From contig OY762069.1 of the NCBI GenBank assembly GCA_963665095.1, forward strand, positions 96,001-160,000: DNA of 64,000 nucleotides, written 5' to 3'. The notes under the pieces were generated by a model. That model searched no databases and had not been told where the DNA came from. It saw only the letters and a list, made by a program, of their open reading frames with translations. This document shows, piece by piece, positions 9,987 to 19,674 of this stretch. Position numbers and translations under genes: made by a program. Source of the DNA: an uncultured Desulfobacter sp. (GTDB lineage Bacteria > Desulfobacterota > Desulfobacteria > Desulfobacterales > Desulfobacteraceae). Each line of letters opens with the position of its first letter. Within the stretch, counting starts at the first letter, position 1.

Positions 9987-11003
9987 ATGCAAACACCTGA
10001 TAACATAATGGCTCCCAAAAGACTGTTCGATCTTTTTTATGGAACAACAAAGTCATGGATATTGACCACTGCAGTCGAGTTAGACGTGTTCGATATAACA
10101 ATTGAAAAGAAGACCGCACCTGAAATCGCAGCCTCTCTTGGCACCCATGAGACCAATACAGCCCTTTTTTTAAATGCCCTGTGCTCCCTTGACCTGCTTG
10201 AAAAAGAGAACGGCGCATATATCAACACGCCCTTGTCGGACACATTTCTGGTCAAGGGAAAGGCATGCTACCTGGGGCAGTTCCTGATCCTGGGCGACCA
10301 GTGGAACTTTACCTCCAAACAAGAGATGAAAGATTGTATTATAAACGGCCCTAAGCCCCCAAAATTAGATTTCAACGATATGGGCAAACTGTTCGCACCT
10401 TATGTAAAGTCCATGAGAAATTTTTCCCGCACCGGTGTTTCACAGCAGATGGCAAAACAGATCAGCAAACTGCCCGCATTTATGGAAATGAAAAAGATGC
10501 TTGAACTAGGGGGTGCCCATGGCATGGACTGTATTGCCATGACACAAAAGAACCCTTCCCTGAACGGCGTTATTTTTGATAAACCCGCTGTCATAGAGGT
10601 CACCCGGGAAATCATTGCCGACCACAAGATGGAAGACAGGGTTACGACCATGGAAGGCGACTATGGAACAGATCCTTTGGGCAGCGGATACGATCTGATT
10701 TACGCAAAAGCAACACTGAGCATGTTTAGGGATGATTTGAATCCGTTATTCAAAAAAATTTATGATGCCCTGAATCCCGGGGGGTTTTTTGTCTCTGTTC
10801 ATGACGGACTTACCAACGAAAGCACAAGACCCACGGACATGGTCATCGGCTGGCTTCCCACCGGCCTTTCTTCCCTTGATTTGTCTTTTGACCGGGATGT
10901 TATCCCCGATGCCATGCTTGAAGCCGGGTTTAAAACTGTTAAGATTAAACCCATACCTTTTTCCATGGGGGAAACCATGGACATGTGCATCGGGAAAAAA
11001 TAA
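9987..11003 (+). CDS. O-methyltransferase (dimerisation domain plus Methyltransf_2)
   Basis: AVELDVFD, LELGGAHG and ALNPGG motifs; start at ATG 9987 after AAGGA. Confidence 0.9.
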   Translation: MQTPDNIMAPKRLFDLFYGTTKSWILTTAVELDVFDITIEKKTAPEIAASLGTHETNTALFLNALCSLDLLEKENGAYINTPLSDTFLVKGKACYLGQFLILGDQWNFTSKQEMKDCIINGPKPPKLDFNDMGKLFAPYVKSMRNFSRTGVSQQMAKQISKLPAFMEMKKMLELGGAHGMDCIAMTQKNPSLNGVIFDKPAVIEVTREIIADHKMEDRVTTMEGDYGTDPLGSGYDLIYAKATLSMFRDDLNPLFKKIYDALNPGGFFVSVHDGLTNESTRPTDMVIGWLPTGLSSLDLSFDRDVIPDAMLEAGFKTVKIKPIPFSMGETMDMCIGKK

Positions 11004-11119
11004 TTTCAAGATCACATCGTTTTGGGGGACAGCGTTTTGGGGGACAGCATACCGATTATCAAAATTTGATCCTGTTCCCCTTAGTTTGATAAAACACACT
11101 GGAATTGTTGGACTTGAAT

Positions 11120-11160
11120 GCCAAAAGGGGCTGATTGAAAAACCAATCAGCCCCTTTGGC
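11120..11160. terminator. Hairpin between convergent genes
   Basis: GCCAAAAGGGGCTGATTG-AAAAAC-CAATCAGCCCCTTTGGC. Confidence 0.7.
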
Positions 11161-11182
11161 AGTTGTATTATTCCTCTGCTGT

Positions 11183-13213
11183 TTAAATCGCCACGTTCAA
11201 ACCGATCAGCACATTAAATCCCGATAACGGGTAGAGTGTTTCACTGCCGGGATCTCCACCGCCGTAACCAACAGCGCTTTCATCAAAAATGTTGTTGGCA
11301 GCAGCATAGAGCTCAACTTTGCCGAATTGTTTTGCATATCGGGCGTTTAAAAGCCAAAAGCCTTCTTCTTCATTGGTGTTGGCATAGTTGAGATATTGCC
11401 TGCCTGTATAAACAGGATTAATTGAAATATCGCCCAAAGTTTTGTGGCGGTACCCCAGCCTCAACGCAAATATTATTTCCGGCACACCGGTCAGGTGATT
11501 CCCGGAATAGCCCACGCCTTCGCTGATAAAATCATCAAACTTGGACTCCTGCCAGGTAAAACTGGCCGATGAATAAAAGCCATGGGGCAGTGTGGCATGG
11601 GCCCCCATTTCCACACCCTTGGTGCTGGTTTCTCCCGCGTTTTCATATTGTCCGGTCCAAAAGTCTGCGGTAGGCCTGACAAATTTATCGGTTACTTTTT
11701 GCCAGAAAACAGCGACATTGTAATCCAGCCAATGGGAAATATTGCCGCGAAAACCAACTTCATAAGCATAAAGCTTTTCCGGTTCCAGCTCACCATTGGT
11801 GAACCATTGCCGTAATCTTACCGGGCTTTTTATGCCGCTGTTAAATCCTGCGAACAGGTTTACTTCATCACACAACTGGTAGGTAAGGCCGATCTTGGGG
11901 CTGACAGCGTCGTGTTCTGAAGACCAGGTAGTGGAACTTGCCATATTGGCGACCTGGGCCAGATCAAAATAGTCGTAGCGAATGCCCGCGCTGATGGTAA
12001 GTGCCTCGGTTATTCCCAGCTCATCCTGCAGATACGCCGCATAACTTTTGTCTTCCCGTGAAAAGTCTTTGTTTTTGGATGTCAGGTCATGAAAACTTGT
12101 GGCAATATACCTTATTCCATGAAGATCATGATACCGATACTCCCCGCCAATCACCAGCTTGTTTGCCATGCCCCCGATGTCATGGTTAACGGTCATGCGT
12201 ACTTCCGGGTGCACCACCGTTGAATCAGCACCCATATAAAAATAACCGCTGAAGGATCTCCAGCTTGTATCCTGGGCCTCCAATTTGCACATGAGGTCAT
12301 GGTCTCCAAGGCTTTGGTCATAAACAAGGGCGCCTAAGCTTTCTTCGGTTTCAAAATAGTAATCAGGCCCGGCATTGGGATTCTGGGTGGGATCTTCATC
12401 AAATTGTTCCCGGGTCAGGCTTGCCGTGTAATTCCCCTTTGAATCCTTGTAGGACCCATGGAGAGTAAGGCTGGAATTATTGTTCAGGGTACGCTTCAAG
12501 GTGGTATATACATTGTTGACATCAAAATACCCCTCATCCTGATAGGAATCTTCACGTGATACGGAAGCGTCAACGTAGTATTCCCAATTTTCATTGGCGC
12601 CGTTTATCACGGTGTAGCCGCTGCCGCCACCCAGGCTGTTATAGGCAATGCCGGCCTTGGCTTCCAGGGGCGCCTTGGCCTGCCGTGTAATGATGTTGAT
12701 AACGCCGCCCAGGGCCTGGTCCCCATACTCAGCCGACGGGGTTTTGATGATCTCAATGCGCTCTATATCATGCACAGCCAGGCGCCCGGCCCTCATGGCC
12801 CCAGTGCCATTATTGAATTCAATGCCGTTGACCATCACCAGCATTCCCCACTGGGAAACTTCACTGCCCCTGCTGCTCACCGAAATATCGGCATCCACAG
12901 AGTTGGCGGGGAAAAAAAGGCCTGGTATATTCATCTCCCGCAGCAGGGTGAGCGGGTTGTAATGGCCCGGATATTTTTCTATCTCTTCTTTGGATATGAC
13001 GGTGATATTGGTGGGTATTTTATCCACTTGGGTGTTCATTTTGGTTGAGGTGACAATGATTTCGCCAAGATCGGCAGCGTTTAAATCGTTTTTATCATCC
13101 CGGGCCCACCCGGCAGGGCCGGATAAAAATAGGATCATGAGGGTGATAAAGGCAACGTAAAATATTGATATACGGTTACTGCGTAATCCTTTCTCCTTAA
13201 CTGCGTCAAACAT
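11183..13213 (-). CDS. TonB-dependent receptor
   Basis: EIIVTSTK, DIERIEIIKTPSAEYG, LEPEKL; start at ATG 13213 after AAAGGA. Confidence 0.9.
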   Translation of the reverse strand: MFDAVKEKGLRSNRISIFYVAFITLMILFLSGPAGWARDDKNDLNAADLGEIIVTSTKMNTQVDKIPTNITVISKEEIEKYPGHYNPLTLLREMNIPGLFFPANSVDADISVSSRGSEVSQWGMLVMVNGIEFNNGTGAMRAGRLAVHDIERIEIIKTPSAEYGDQALGGVINIITRQAKAPLEAKAGIAYNSLGGGSGYTVINGANENWEYYVDASVSREDSYQDEGYFDVNNVYTTLKRTLNNNSSLTLHGSYKDSKGNYTASLTREQFDEDPTQNPNAGPDYYFETEESLGALVYDQSLGDHDLMCKLEAQDTSWRSFSGYFYMGADSTVVHPEVRMTVNHDIGGMANKLVIGGEYRYHDLHGIRYIATSFHDLTSKNKDFSREDKSYAAYLQDELGITEALTISAGIRYDYFDLAQVANMASSTTWSSEHDAVSPKIGLTYQLCDEVNLFAGFNSGIKSPVRLRQWFTNGELEPEKLYAYEVGFRGNISHWLDYNVAVFWQKVTDKFVRPTADFWTGQYENAGETSTKGVEMGAHATLPHGFYSSASFTWQESKFDDFISEGVGYSGNHLTGVPEIIFALRLGYRHKTLGDISINPVYTGRQYLNYANTNEEEGFWLLNARYAKQFGKVELYAAANNIFDESAVGYGGGDPGSETLYPLSGFNVLIGLNVAI

Positions 13214-13352
13214 GTTTTTTCCTTTCAAACCATATCCGATTGTTATGAACCAGCTATTCCATTCCAGATGATCATTCGGATAAACATATATATGGGCAAT
13301 GGTTGACGCGGCTATCACATCCGTTCAATTATTTATCATCCGCGTTCATTTT

Positions 13353-14357
13353 TTATACATGTTCATTCTGGCGGTAATGGCTTGGGGGCATGCCAAAAAA
13401 ATCCCGGAATGCTTTTGCAAAATGGCTGGAACTTGAATAGCCTAACGAATACGCGATCTGTGTCATGCTCAGGTCTTGGTTTTCAACCATCCGCCTGGCC
13501 TTTTCAATGCGTTTGATGCGAAGATACTCCATGGGAGACATGCCGAACAGCTGGTTAAACCCATGGTATAACTTGGTTCGGGATACACCGATTGTCCTGG
13601 CCAGTTCCATGACATCGGGAGGAGAGGAAAGATTTTTTGACAGCAACTCCCCTGCAAAGTGAATTCTGTCGGCGTCATTGGATCTGACTGTTACGTCTTT
13701 TTTGAAGGTTTTCCCGGTTGGCCTGATCTGATCAAGTTTACAGGCAATCAGTTCCATTGCCTTGCCTTCAATAAAAATACGGCGGGCAGCACCCTGGTAG
13801 GGGCATGCAAAAAGCTGCTGCAAAATAACCCGCATGGAAGGCGTTAAAACCCCCTCGGTATGATAGGGTTCGAAAACGTCCGCATTGGCACCGGGTGACA
13901 TGTTCAACTTAAAAGGCAGGCAATCTTTTTCTTCTTCCAGTAAAGGAAAAAACAAAGACGGTTTAATAAGGATCAGGGCCTTGTGAATATGTGTTTTGGG
14001 CATATCCTCATGGGAACTTATCATGTTGGGTGAATAAAAAAATCCACTGTCATCGGAGGTTACCGTCAAAGGGGTTTTGAAGCACTCAAATTTGAGTCTG
14101 GTGTGTCCTGAAAGGCAAAAGCGAAAGCCAAAACAAGGTGAACCGCCGTTATTGTAAGAGCCTAATGTTTCAAACGTTTGATAGTTGTGAAGCAAGACGG
14201 CAAGGCCGCTTTTAAAATGAAACTCTTTTAATGTCCCTGTTCCTATCCCGGGCCGGATGCCCCAGCAGGTTTCAAAACCAGTGGTCTTTAATTTAAAATA
14301 GTCCAACGACGTCATATCATTTATCGATTTTCGCCCACCCCTTTTTTTTCCATTCAT
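13353..14357 (-). CDS. AraC family regulator
   Basis: IFIEGKAMEL and IAYSLGYSSSSHFAKAFRDFFG. Confidence 0.93.
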   Translation of the reverse strand: MNGKKRGGRKSINDMTSLDYFKLKTTGFETCWGIRPGIGTGTLKEFHFKSGLAVLLHNYQTFETLGSYNNGGSPCFGFRFCLSGHTRLKFECFKTPLTVTSDDSGFFYSPNMISSHEDMPKTHIHKALILIKPSLFFPLLEEEKDCLPFKLNMSPGANADVFEPYHTEGVLTPSMRVILQQLFACPYQGAARRIFIEGKAMELIACKLDQIRPTGKTFKKDVTVRSNDADRIHFAGELLSKNLSSPPDVMELARTIGVSRTKLYHGFNQLFGMSPMEYLRIKRIEKARRMVENQDLSMTQIAYSLGYSSSSHFAKAFRDFFGMPPSHYRQNEHV

Positions 14358-14445
14358 TTTTATCCCCTTGCAGCGTATATCGGCTGGTTTTTATTGGCAG
14401 CTCTGTGTTGAAACCGGTCAAAAATCAATTTGAAACGCGGGGCAT

Positions 14446-14497
14446 AAAAAAAGCCGGGAATACCGGATGGAGTTAATACCCCGGCCTTCCTGGCTTT
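14446..14497 (-). terminator. Hairpin plus U7 in the leader of the AraC gene
   Basis: Minus strand AAAGCCAGGAAGGCCGG...CCGGTATTCCCGGCTTTTTTT. Confidence 0.6.
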
Positions 14498-14762
14498 AGC
14501 TGTTACTATTTGGTTGGTAATTAATTGTTTGGTATCAACGGTTTCAGCACCGTCATTTAAGAATTGTTAGGTACATCACTTTCCTGTTGGTGTCAAGAAA
14601 TACCAGGGCAATCACAAGTAATCTGTGTACAGGTTATTAAATTAAATTTTCGATCGGGAGGGCCACCCCAATATATTGTGGTTTCAGAATTCAGGCCCCA
14701 GGCGGCCACTGATACCAATATCTGTCGCTCTGCTATTCCTTAAAAATTCTGATTTTTTGCGA

Positions 14763-14814
14763 TCTTAACGGTTCAAAATCACCGGCTTGCCCGTGTGAAT
14801 TTTGTTTGTTGAAA
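14763..14814 (-). other. attC-like site (52 bp)
   Basis: TTTCAAC-AAACAA-AATTCACA-CGGGCAAGCC-GGTGATT-TTGAACC-GTTAAGA, 8 bp after the ATPase stop. Confidence 0.65.
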
Positions 14815-14822
14815 ATCAATTT

Positions 14823-15956
14823 TCAGGATAAGGTTAATTTTGACAACCATTTTGATGCAAGCCTGATTTCTGCTCCGTTTGGAAAAGTCTTTTCCCTATT
14901 AAGTTTTTTAGAAACTTGGACCATTTTTATTTCAGGGAAGAATTTTTTAAATAAATCAAAATTGGGGCTCAAGTTATTGTCGTTCCATTTGACCTCTACT
15001 AATAGAGAAGGGGTGTTGTTTTTTGAAATACAGAAATCAATTTCTTTGCCATCCTTATTTTTCACATAATACAAATTCCCTTCTTCTCCCAGGCAATCTT
15101 CCAAAAAATGTAATTCCTTCTGGATTGCACAGGCCACTGCATTTTCCAGTTTAATACCCTGCTCACCTAAAACCTGCCCCGTATCATAAAAGTAAAATTT
15201 AGGAGCTTTTTGAATAGCCCTGGCAATATTTTTATGGAAGGGCGGGACTTTAAAAAGCACATACATGTTTTCAAGTATTGTTAACCACCTTTTTACTGTT
15301 TTATCTGAACATTGCAGATCCTGGGCCAGGGAACTATATGAAACTGGACTCCCCACACGATGCTTTAACAATTGGATCAATGTTTCAATCTGAGTGATCT
15401 GCTGAACATTCTCTATTTCAATGAGATCCTGTTTTAAAATGATATCAAGATGGGATTTTTTCCAGCGATTATAAAAACGGACTGTCCCGTTTAAAAAAGG
15501 CTCTGGAAATCCACCAAACGATAGAAGCTTGTCCAGTTCAACTTCAGGGTCATCTGGTTTTAATACCGTATGGATTTCTTTAAGATCCAATGGATGCAAT
15601 CTGAATTGGAAAAATCGACCTGCCAGAGAATCTCCAACTTTTTTATAGGTGTCTAACCTGGCACTGCCTGTGACAAGTAATGACGGAGGAATGCCTTCCT
15701 TATCATAAATTCCCTTTATCCATGATTTCCAATTTTTCAGCTTATGCAATTCATCAAAGATAATAAGAGGTTTTGACCTGTCCCATGATCTTTCCTGTAA
15801 GCCCAATCTATCATCAACATTGTCATAGTTGAAATAATCAAAGTCATCCTTAAGCATTTTTGACAATGTTGTTTTTCCAGTCTGGCGCGGCCCGGTCAGC
15901 AGGATGATCTTTTTATCTAAATCGGCTTTAATATATTTTGTGAGATATCGTTTCAT
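14823..15956 (-). CDS. AAA_14/DUF4143 family ATPase (cassette gene)
   Basis: GPRQTGKTT, IIFDE, TGSA, SLAGR, GGFPE, KFYFYDTG, EIDF, EVK. Confidence 0.93.
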   Translation of the reverse strand: MKRYLTKYIKADLDKKIILLTGPRQTGKTTLSKMLKDDFDYFNYDNVDDRLGLQERSWDRSKPLIIFDELHKLKNWKSWIKGIYDKEGIPPSLLVTGSARLDTYKKVGDSLAGRFFQFRLHPLDLKEIHTVLKPDDPEVELDKLLSFGGFPEPFLNGTVRFYNRWKKSHLDIILKQDLIEIENVQQITQIETLIQLLKHRVGSPVSYSSLAQDLQCSDKTVKRWLTILENMYVLFKVPPFHKNIARAIQKAPKFYFYDTGQVLGEQGIKLENAVACAIQKELHFLEDCLGEEGNLYYVKNKDGKEIDFCISKNNTPSLLVEVKWNDNNLSPNFDLFKKFFPEIKMVQVSKKLNREKTFPNGAEIRLASKWLSKLTLS

Positions 15957-16039
15957 AAAGACTATTTTGGCATCTATTCCGAAATAGTCAAGACTTTTCC
16001 GGAAAGAAGTCCGAAATAGTCAGCTTTTACAAATCGTAA

Positions 16040-16087
16040 TTTTAACGTGAAAATCACCGGTTTATCCGGTGCATTTTCTGGTTAGAA
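16040..16087 (-). other. attC-like site (48 bp)
   Basis: TTCTAAC-CAGAA-AATGCACC-GGATAAACC-GGTGATT-TTCAC-GTTAAAA; L'' carries one extra base relative to L'. Confidence 0.8.
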
Positions 16088-17041
16088 TTAAGTATTGTGT
16101 CCCCCGAATTTCCCGCATCTCCAATCAGACCGGGCCTCTTTTTTAAAAACTGTTCTCACCTTATCCATAAAGCTTCTCAAAATAGGCGAGATCCATTTTC
16201 CCCGATACCATATCATCAAGACAGCAGTTTCAAGGGGCTCCTGTTCCCAATTCAGAGATGTCAGGTTACCTTCAGAAATCTCTGCTGCCGCTGCAATATC
16301 GGGCATTATGGTAATTCCGAGACCCTTTGAGACACACTGTTTAATCGCCTCTATACTGTTCATTTCCACTAAAGATGCTGTTTCAATTTTTTCTTGCATG
16401 AGCCACTGTTCAACAATCATCTTATAACTGCAATCATGCTTAGGTAAAAAGACGATTTCACCAGATAAATCTGTAATCAAAACGCTTTTCTTTTGGGACA
16501 GGTAATGAGTAGGGGAAGCAAACATTGCCAGAGTTACTGTTCCTAAAAACTCAGTTTTCAGTTCTGAAAAATCAACAGAGTCAGCCAACAGAAAAGCAAT
16601 GTCGGTAATTCCGGATTTAAGCTCATTGGGCAGGTTTTGATATTCACAGCTAGCCACGTCAAAGTCTATATTGGGATAGGATTTGTAAAATTCCTGTAGG
16701 ATATCAGGAAGAAAATAGGTTCCAAGGGTTTGGGGAATTCTTAAAGACAGTTTCCCTTGGGGTGTTTTTACTTCAGAAACTGTTGCCAATGCTTCTTTTT
16801 CCATCGCACAGATTTTCTGTGCATATTGTACCAGATCCCTGCCAGCCCCTGTTAATTCAATGGTTTTTCCCTTCCTCTGAAAAAGGCGCTTTCCTAACTC
16901 CTCTTCCAAAATTTTAATCTGGGCAGATATGGTGGACTGGGCATAGTTCAATGTTTCGGCAGATTTTCTAAAATTGAGCAACCTCGCCACAGTTAAAAAG
17001 GTCTTCAGGTTTCGGATCTCCAAGCAGCCCCCTCTGATCAT
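16088..17041 (-). CDS. LysR family regulator
   Basis: NFRKSAETLNYAQSTISAQIKILEEELG. Confidence 0.93.
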   Translation of the reverse strand: MIRGGCLEIRNLKTFLTVARLLNFRKSAETLNYAQSTISAQIKILEEELGKRLFQRKGKTIELTGAGRDLVQYAQKICAMEKEALATVSEVKTPQGKLSLRIPQTLGTYFLPDILQEFYKSYPNIDFDVASCEYQNLPNELKSGITDIAFLLADSVDFSELKTEFLGTVTLAMFASPTHYLSQKKSVLITDLSGEIVFLPKHDCSYKMIVEQWLMQEKIETASLVEMNSIEAIKQCVSKGLGITIMPDIAAAAEISEGNLTSLNWEQEPLETAVLMIWYRGKWISPILRSFMDKVRTVFKKEARSDWRCGKFGGHNT

Positions 17042-17204
17042 AAAATTCGATCAAAAGCTTCAATTAATTTCATTGGACACAAAAATATCGATAATATATA
17101 CAGGCCTGAAAATCAAATACTTTTTGTGGACATTTAAAATGTTCGGTCTGACGATGTCTTATGACAGACGTCATTTACTATGAAAAAAGAAAAAGGAGAA
17201 AATC

Positions 17205-17726
17205 ATGAAAAAGCAAGTATCTTTAACATTTTTGCTGATTGTTAGTATCGTCTGTTCTATTCCATTGGCGGCCTTGTCTGGAGAAAACCCTCCGCCTTAT
17301 CAAGTAAAAGTTAAAAGCCGTGAAGTAACAAACAGGATTGTTGAATCCTATGTCCGAGGCCATAAGGTGTTGGCAGATCAGCCTAAAAATTTTGGAGCCG
17401 ATGATTTGGCACCGACCCCGCCGGAATACTTGGCCGTAGCCTATAGCACCTGTGTTGTATCCACCCTTCGGTTCGTGGCGATGCTGGACAAGCTGGACAT
17501 CAAAAATATTGAAGTCCAAGTGGAAGGAGAGGTTGACTTCTCAAAAGCAATGGGGCTTGATACGACGAAAAGGGCTGGACTTTTTGGCTTAAATGTCAAG
17601 ATCAGCTTTGAGTCGACCATGACCAAAAGCGAACAGCAAGCATTTGTCGATAAAGCAATGGAACGGGGTGCTGTTCTTGACAATGTTCGTAACAAAACAC
17701 AAGTCTTATATGAAATTATAAACTAA
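17205..17726 (+). CDS. OsmC family protein with signal peptide
   Basis: DQPKNFGADDLAPTPPEYL...STC. Confidence 0.85.
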   Translation: MKKQVSLTFLLIVSIVCSIPLAALSGENPPPYQVKVKSREVTNRIVESYVRGHKVLADQPKNFGADDLAPTPPEYLAVAYSTCVVSTLRFVAMLDKLDIKNIEVQVEGEVDFSKAMGLDTTKRAGLFGLNVKISFESTMTKSEQQAFVDKAMERGAVLDNVRNKTQVLYEIIN

Positions 17727-17841
17727 TTTGAAATACCGGCTTTTATTTATACTCTGCAACGCGACAAATCACGGGTCGGGTGCAAATTGGGTCAAATGGG
17801 GTACATTGTCAATGACCGCACAAAATTGATCCAGTTGCCCA

Positions 17842-17930
17842 AAAAAACGTTGAGTTAAGCGGAAAAATTATAACCCAAAAACAACGTAAAACCCGGCGGG
17901 TACTTTTCCGTCTTCAACTCTTTGTTACAT
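17842..17930 (-). other. attC site (89 bp) of IS91-transposase cassette copy 1
   Basis: ATGTAAC-AAAGA-GTTGAAGA...GCTTAAC-TCAAC-GTTTTTT. Confidence 0.8.
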
Positions 17931-19654
17931 TAACCGGGTCGAAGCCTCGCAGTTGATTTCTTGGGTAAAAGCAGGGGAATCCTTATTTTCAAACTTAGAT
18001 TTAACAGCACAGATTCTAAAATTTGCCTGGTAAAATTGAGTGAGCATTAAGATTCTTCCTTCTACTTAATCCGGTCAGGCTTGAAAAAGAGCCGAAAAAC
18101 CTGGTACCGGAGCGGATTGCCGATACGAGTCCCTGACAGGGAACTGCCTATTTTGATATCGGTAATTGTTTCCAAAGTAAAGCTTTTTATAGTTCCCCTG
18201 ATTTAGCCGGAATTTGCTTGGCCTTGGTTTTTGGTAAGTCGTCTTTCACCACGTTGCCATGACCGTCCAGCACCAGGATCGTTATCATGTTCCCTTTGCC
18301 GCAGGCCGGGCATTGAGGCGTCTGTTCTTTCAGGGGTTCAGGATCAGGGGTATCCCGGTCATTCAATGCCTGGCGTATTTCCGATATATTTCGTCCTGCC
18401 TGCCCGTTGGCCAGAAACCCATAATATCTGATCCGATGAAAGTGTTTTGGAAGAACATGCAAAAGGAAACGATCAATGAAGCTCATTACCGGTAAAGAAG
18501 TTGTTTCCCACTTGGATTTATTCCGGGTGTTTTTAAACCAGAACTCCACAGTCTCGTTGTTAACGGATATAATCCTGTTGTTGCTGATGGCTGTTGAATG
18601 GGTGTATCTACCGATATATTTAACGACTTCGGCTGGACCTGAGAATGGTGGTTTGGAATATACCACCCAGTCTTTTGGAGCGGTATGGTACAGCCATTGC
18701 CTGAATGCGCAGGGTTTTGAAAGATGAGCCAGTTCATCCGGGATGTTTAATCGTCCTCGACCGTGGGCTGCAATAAGGCCGCTAAGGAACTTTGCCCTGA
18801 ATACATTTGAAAGCGCTTTGACCGGAAACAGGAATGTTGAGCTGTACTTGGGCTCCACCCATTCCCCATAAGTGTTTATTCCGCCTGCAGTGACAATGAA
18901 ATGGATGTGGGGATGCAGCCAGAGTTTGCCGCCCCAGGTGTGGAGGATACCGTAGAACCCGATCTTGGCTCCAAGACGCTTTGGATTCTCCCCGAATTCC
19001 AGCAGGGTCTGGGAGGCGCTTTCAAACAACAGGTCATACATTACCCGCCGGTTGAACCGGCACAAAGGGTTGAAGATATCCGGCAATGTGAAAACGCAGT
19101 GGTGATAGGACACCGGAAGCAGATCGTTGATCCTGGCCGTCACCCATCTGTGACGGGCGATATTGTTTCAACCCGGACAATGGCGGTTCCGGCAGGAGTT
19201 GTATCCTTTTTCAAGGTGGCCGCATGTGTCGCATAGCTCCCAGTGGGTGCCAAATTCTCCGCGTCGACAATGCTCGATATCGTACATAACCTTGTGTTGC
19301 CTGGGGTGCAGGCGGTGTGCTGATCTGAAGGGAGGACCGTATTTTCTAAATATATCTCCGACGCTTGGACCGGTTTCGGGTTTTTCAGGGAGCTTGGTAT
19401 GGCTGCAAAGTGTTTTCATCGGTTATCGAAGCCCGCAGCGTAGGAGAACGGGAGGCGCAGGCTGCAATGATTTATGACAGGCGTGGCATTTGCGCAGTTT
19501 GCAAATGACATGACTGGCAGAAATCTTGCGTCTGGGCGTCCCCCCGTTCTCCGGAAAAGTTTGCACCATAGATTATGAAGTCCTTATTTTATAGGCGTTT
19601 CGAGCTCTGCAGTTGGCTTCAAGATGTTGCATTCACCGTCCAGGTTTAATGTAA
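17848..19654 (-). mobile_element. Gene cassette carrying an IS91-family transposase, copy 1 (1807 bp)
   Basis: Near-identical to 37795..39420; identity ends at the GTT cores on both sides. Confidence 0.8.
18187..19419 (-). CDS. IS91-family (Y2 HUH) transposase, 410 aa if the in-frame TGA at 19168-19170 is read through; otherwise a pseudogene
   Basis: CDTC...NSCRNRHCPG*, HHCVFTLP, LHTWG, HPHIH, YIGRY, HRIRYYGFL. The two listed ORFs are in the same frame. Confidence 0.85.
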
Positions 19655-19674
19655 CGTCAAAATCTGCGGTTTAT

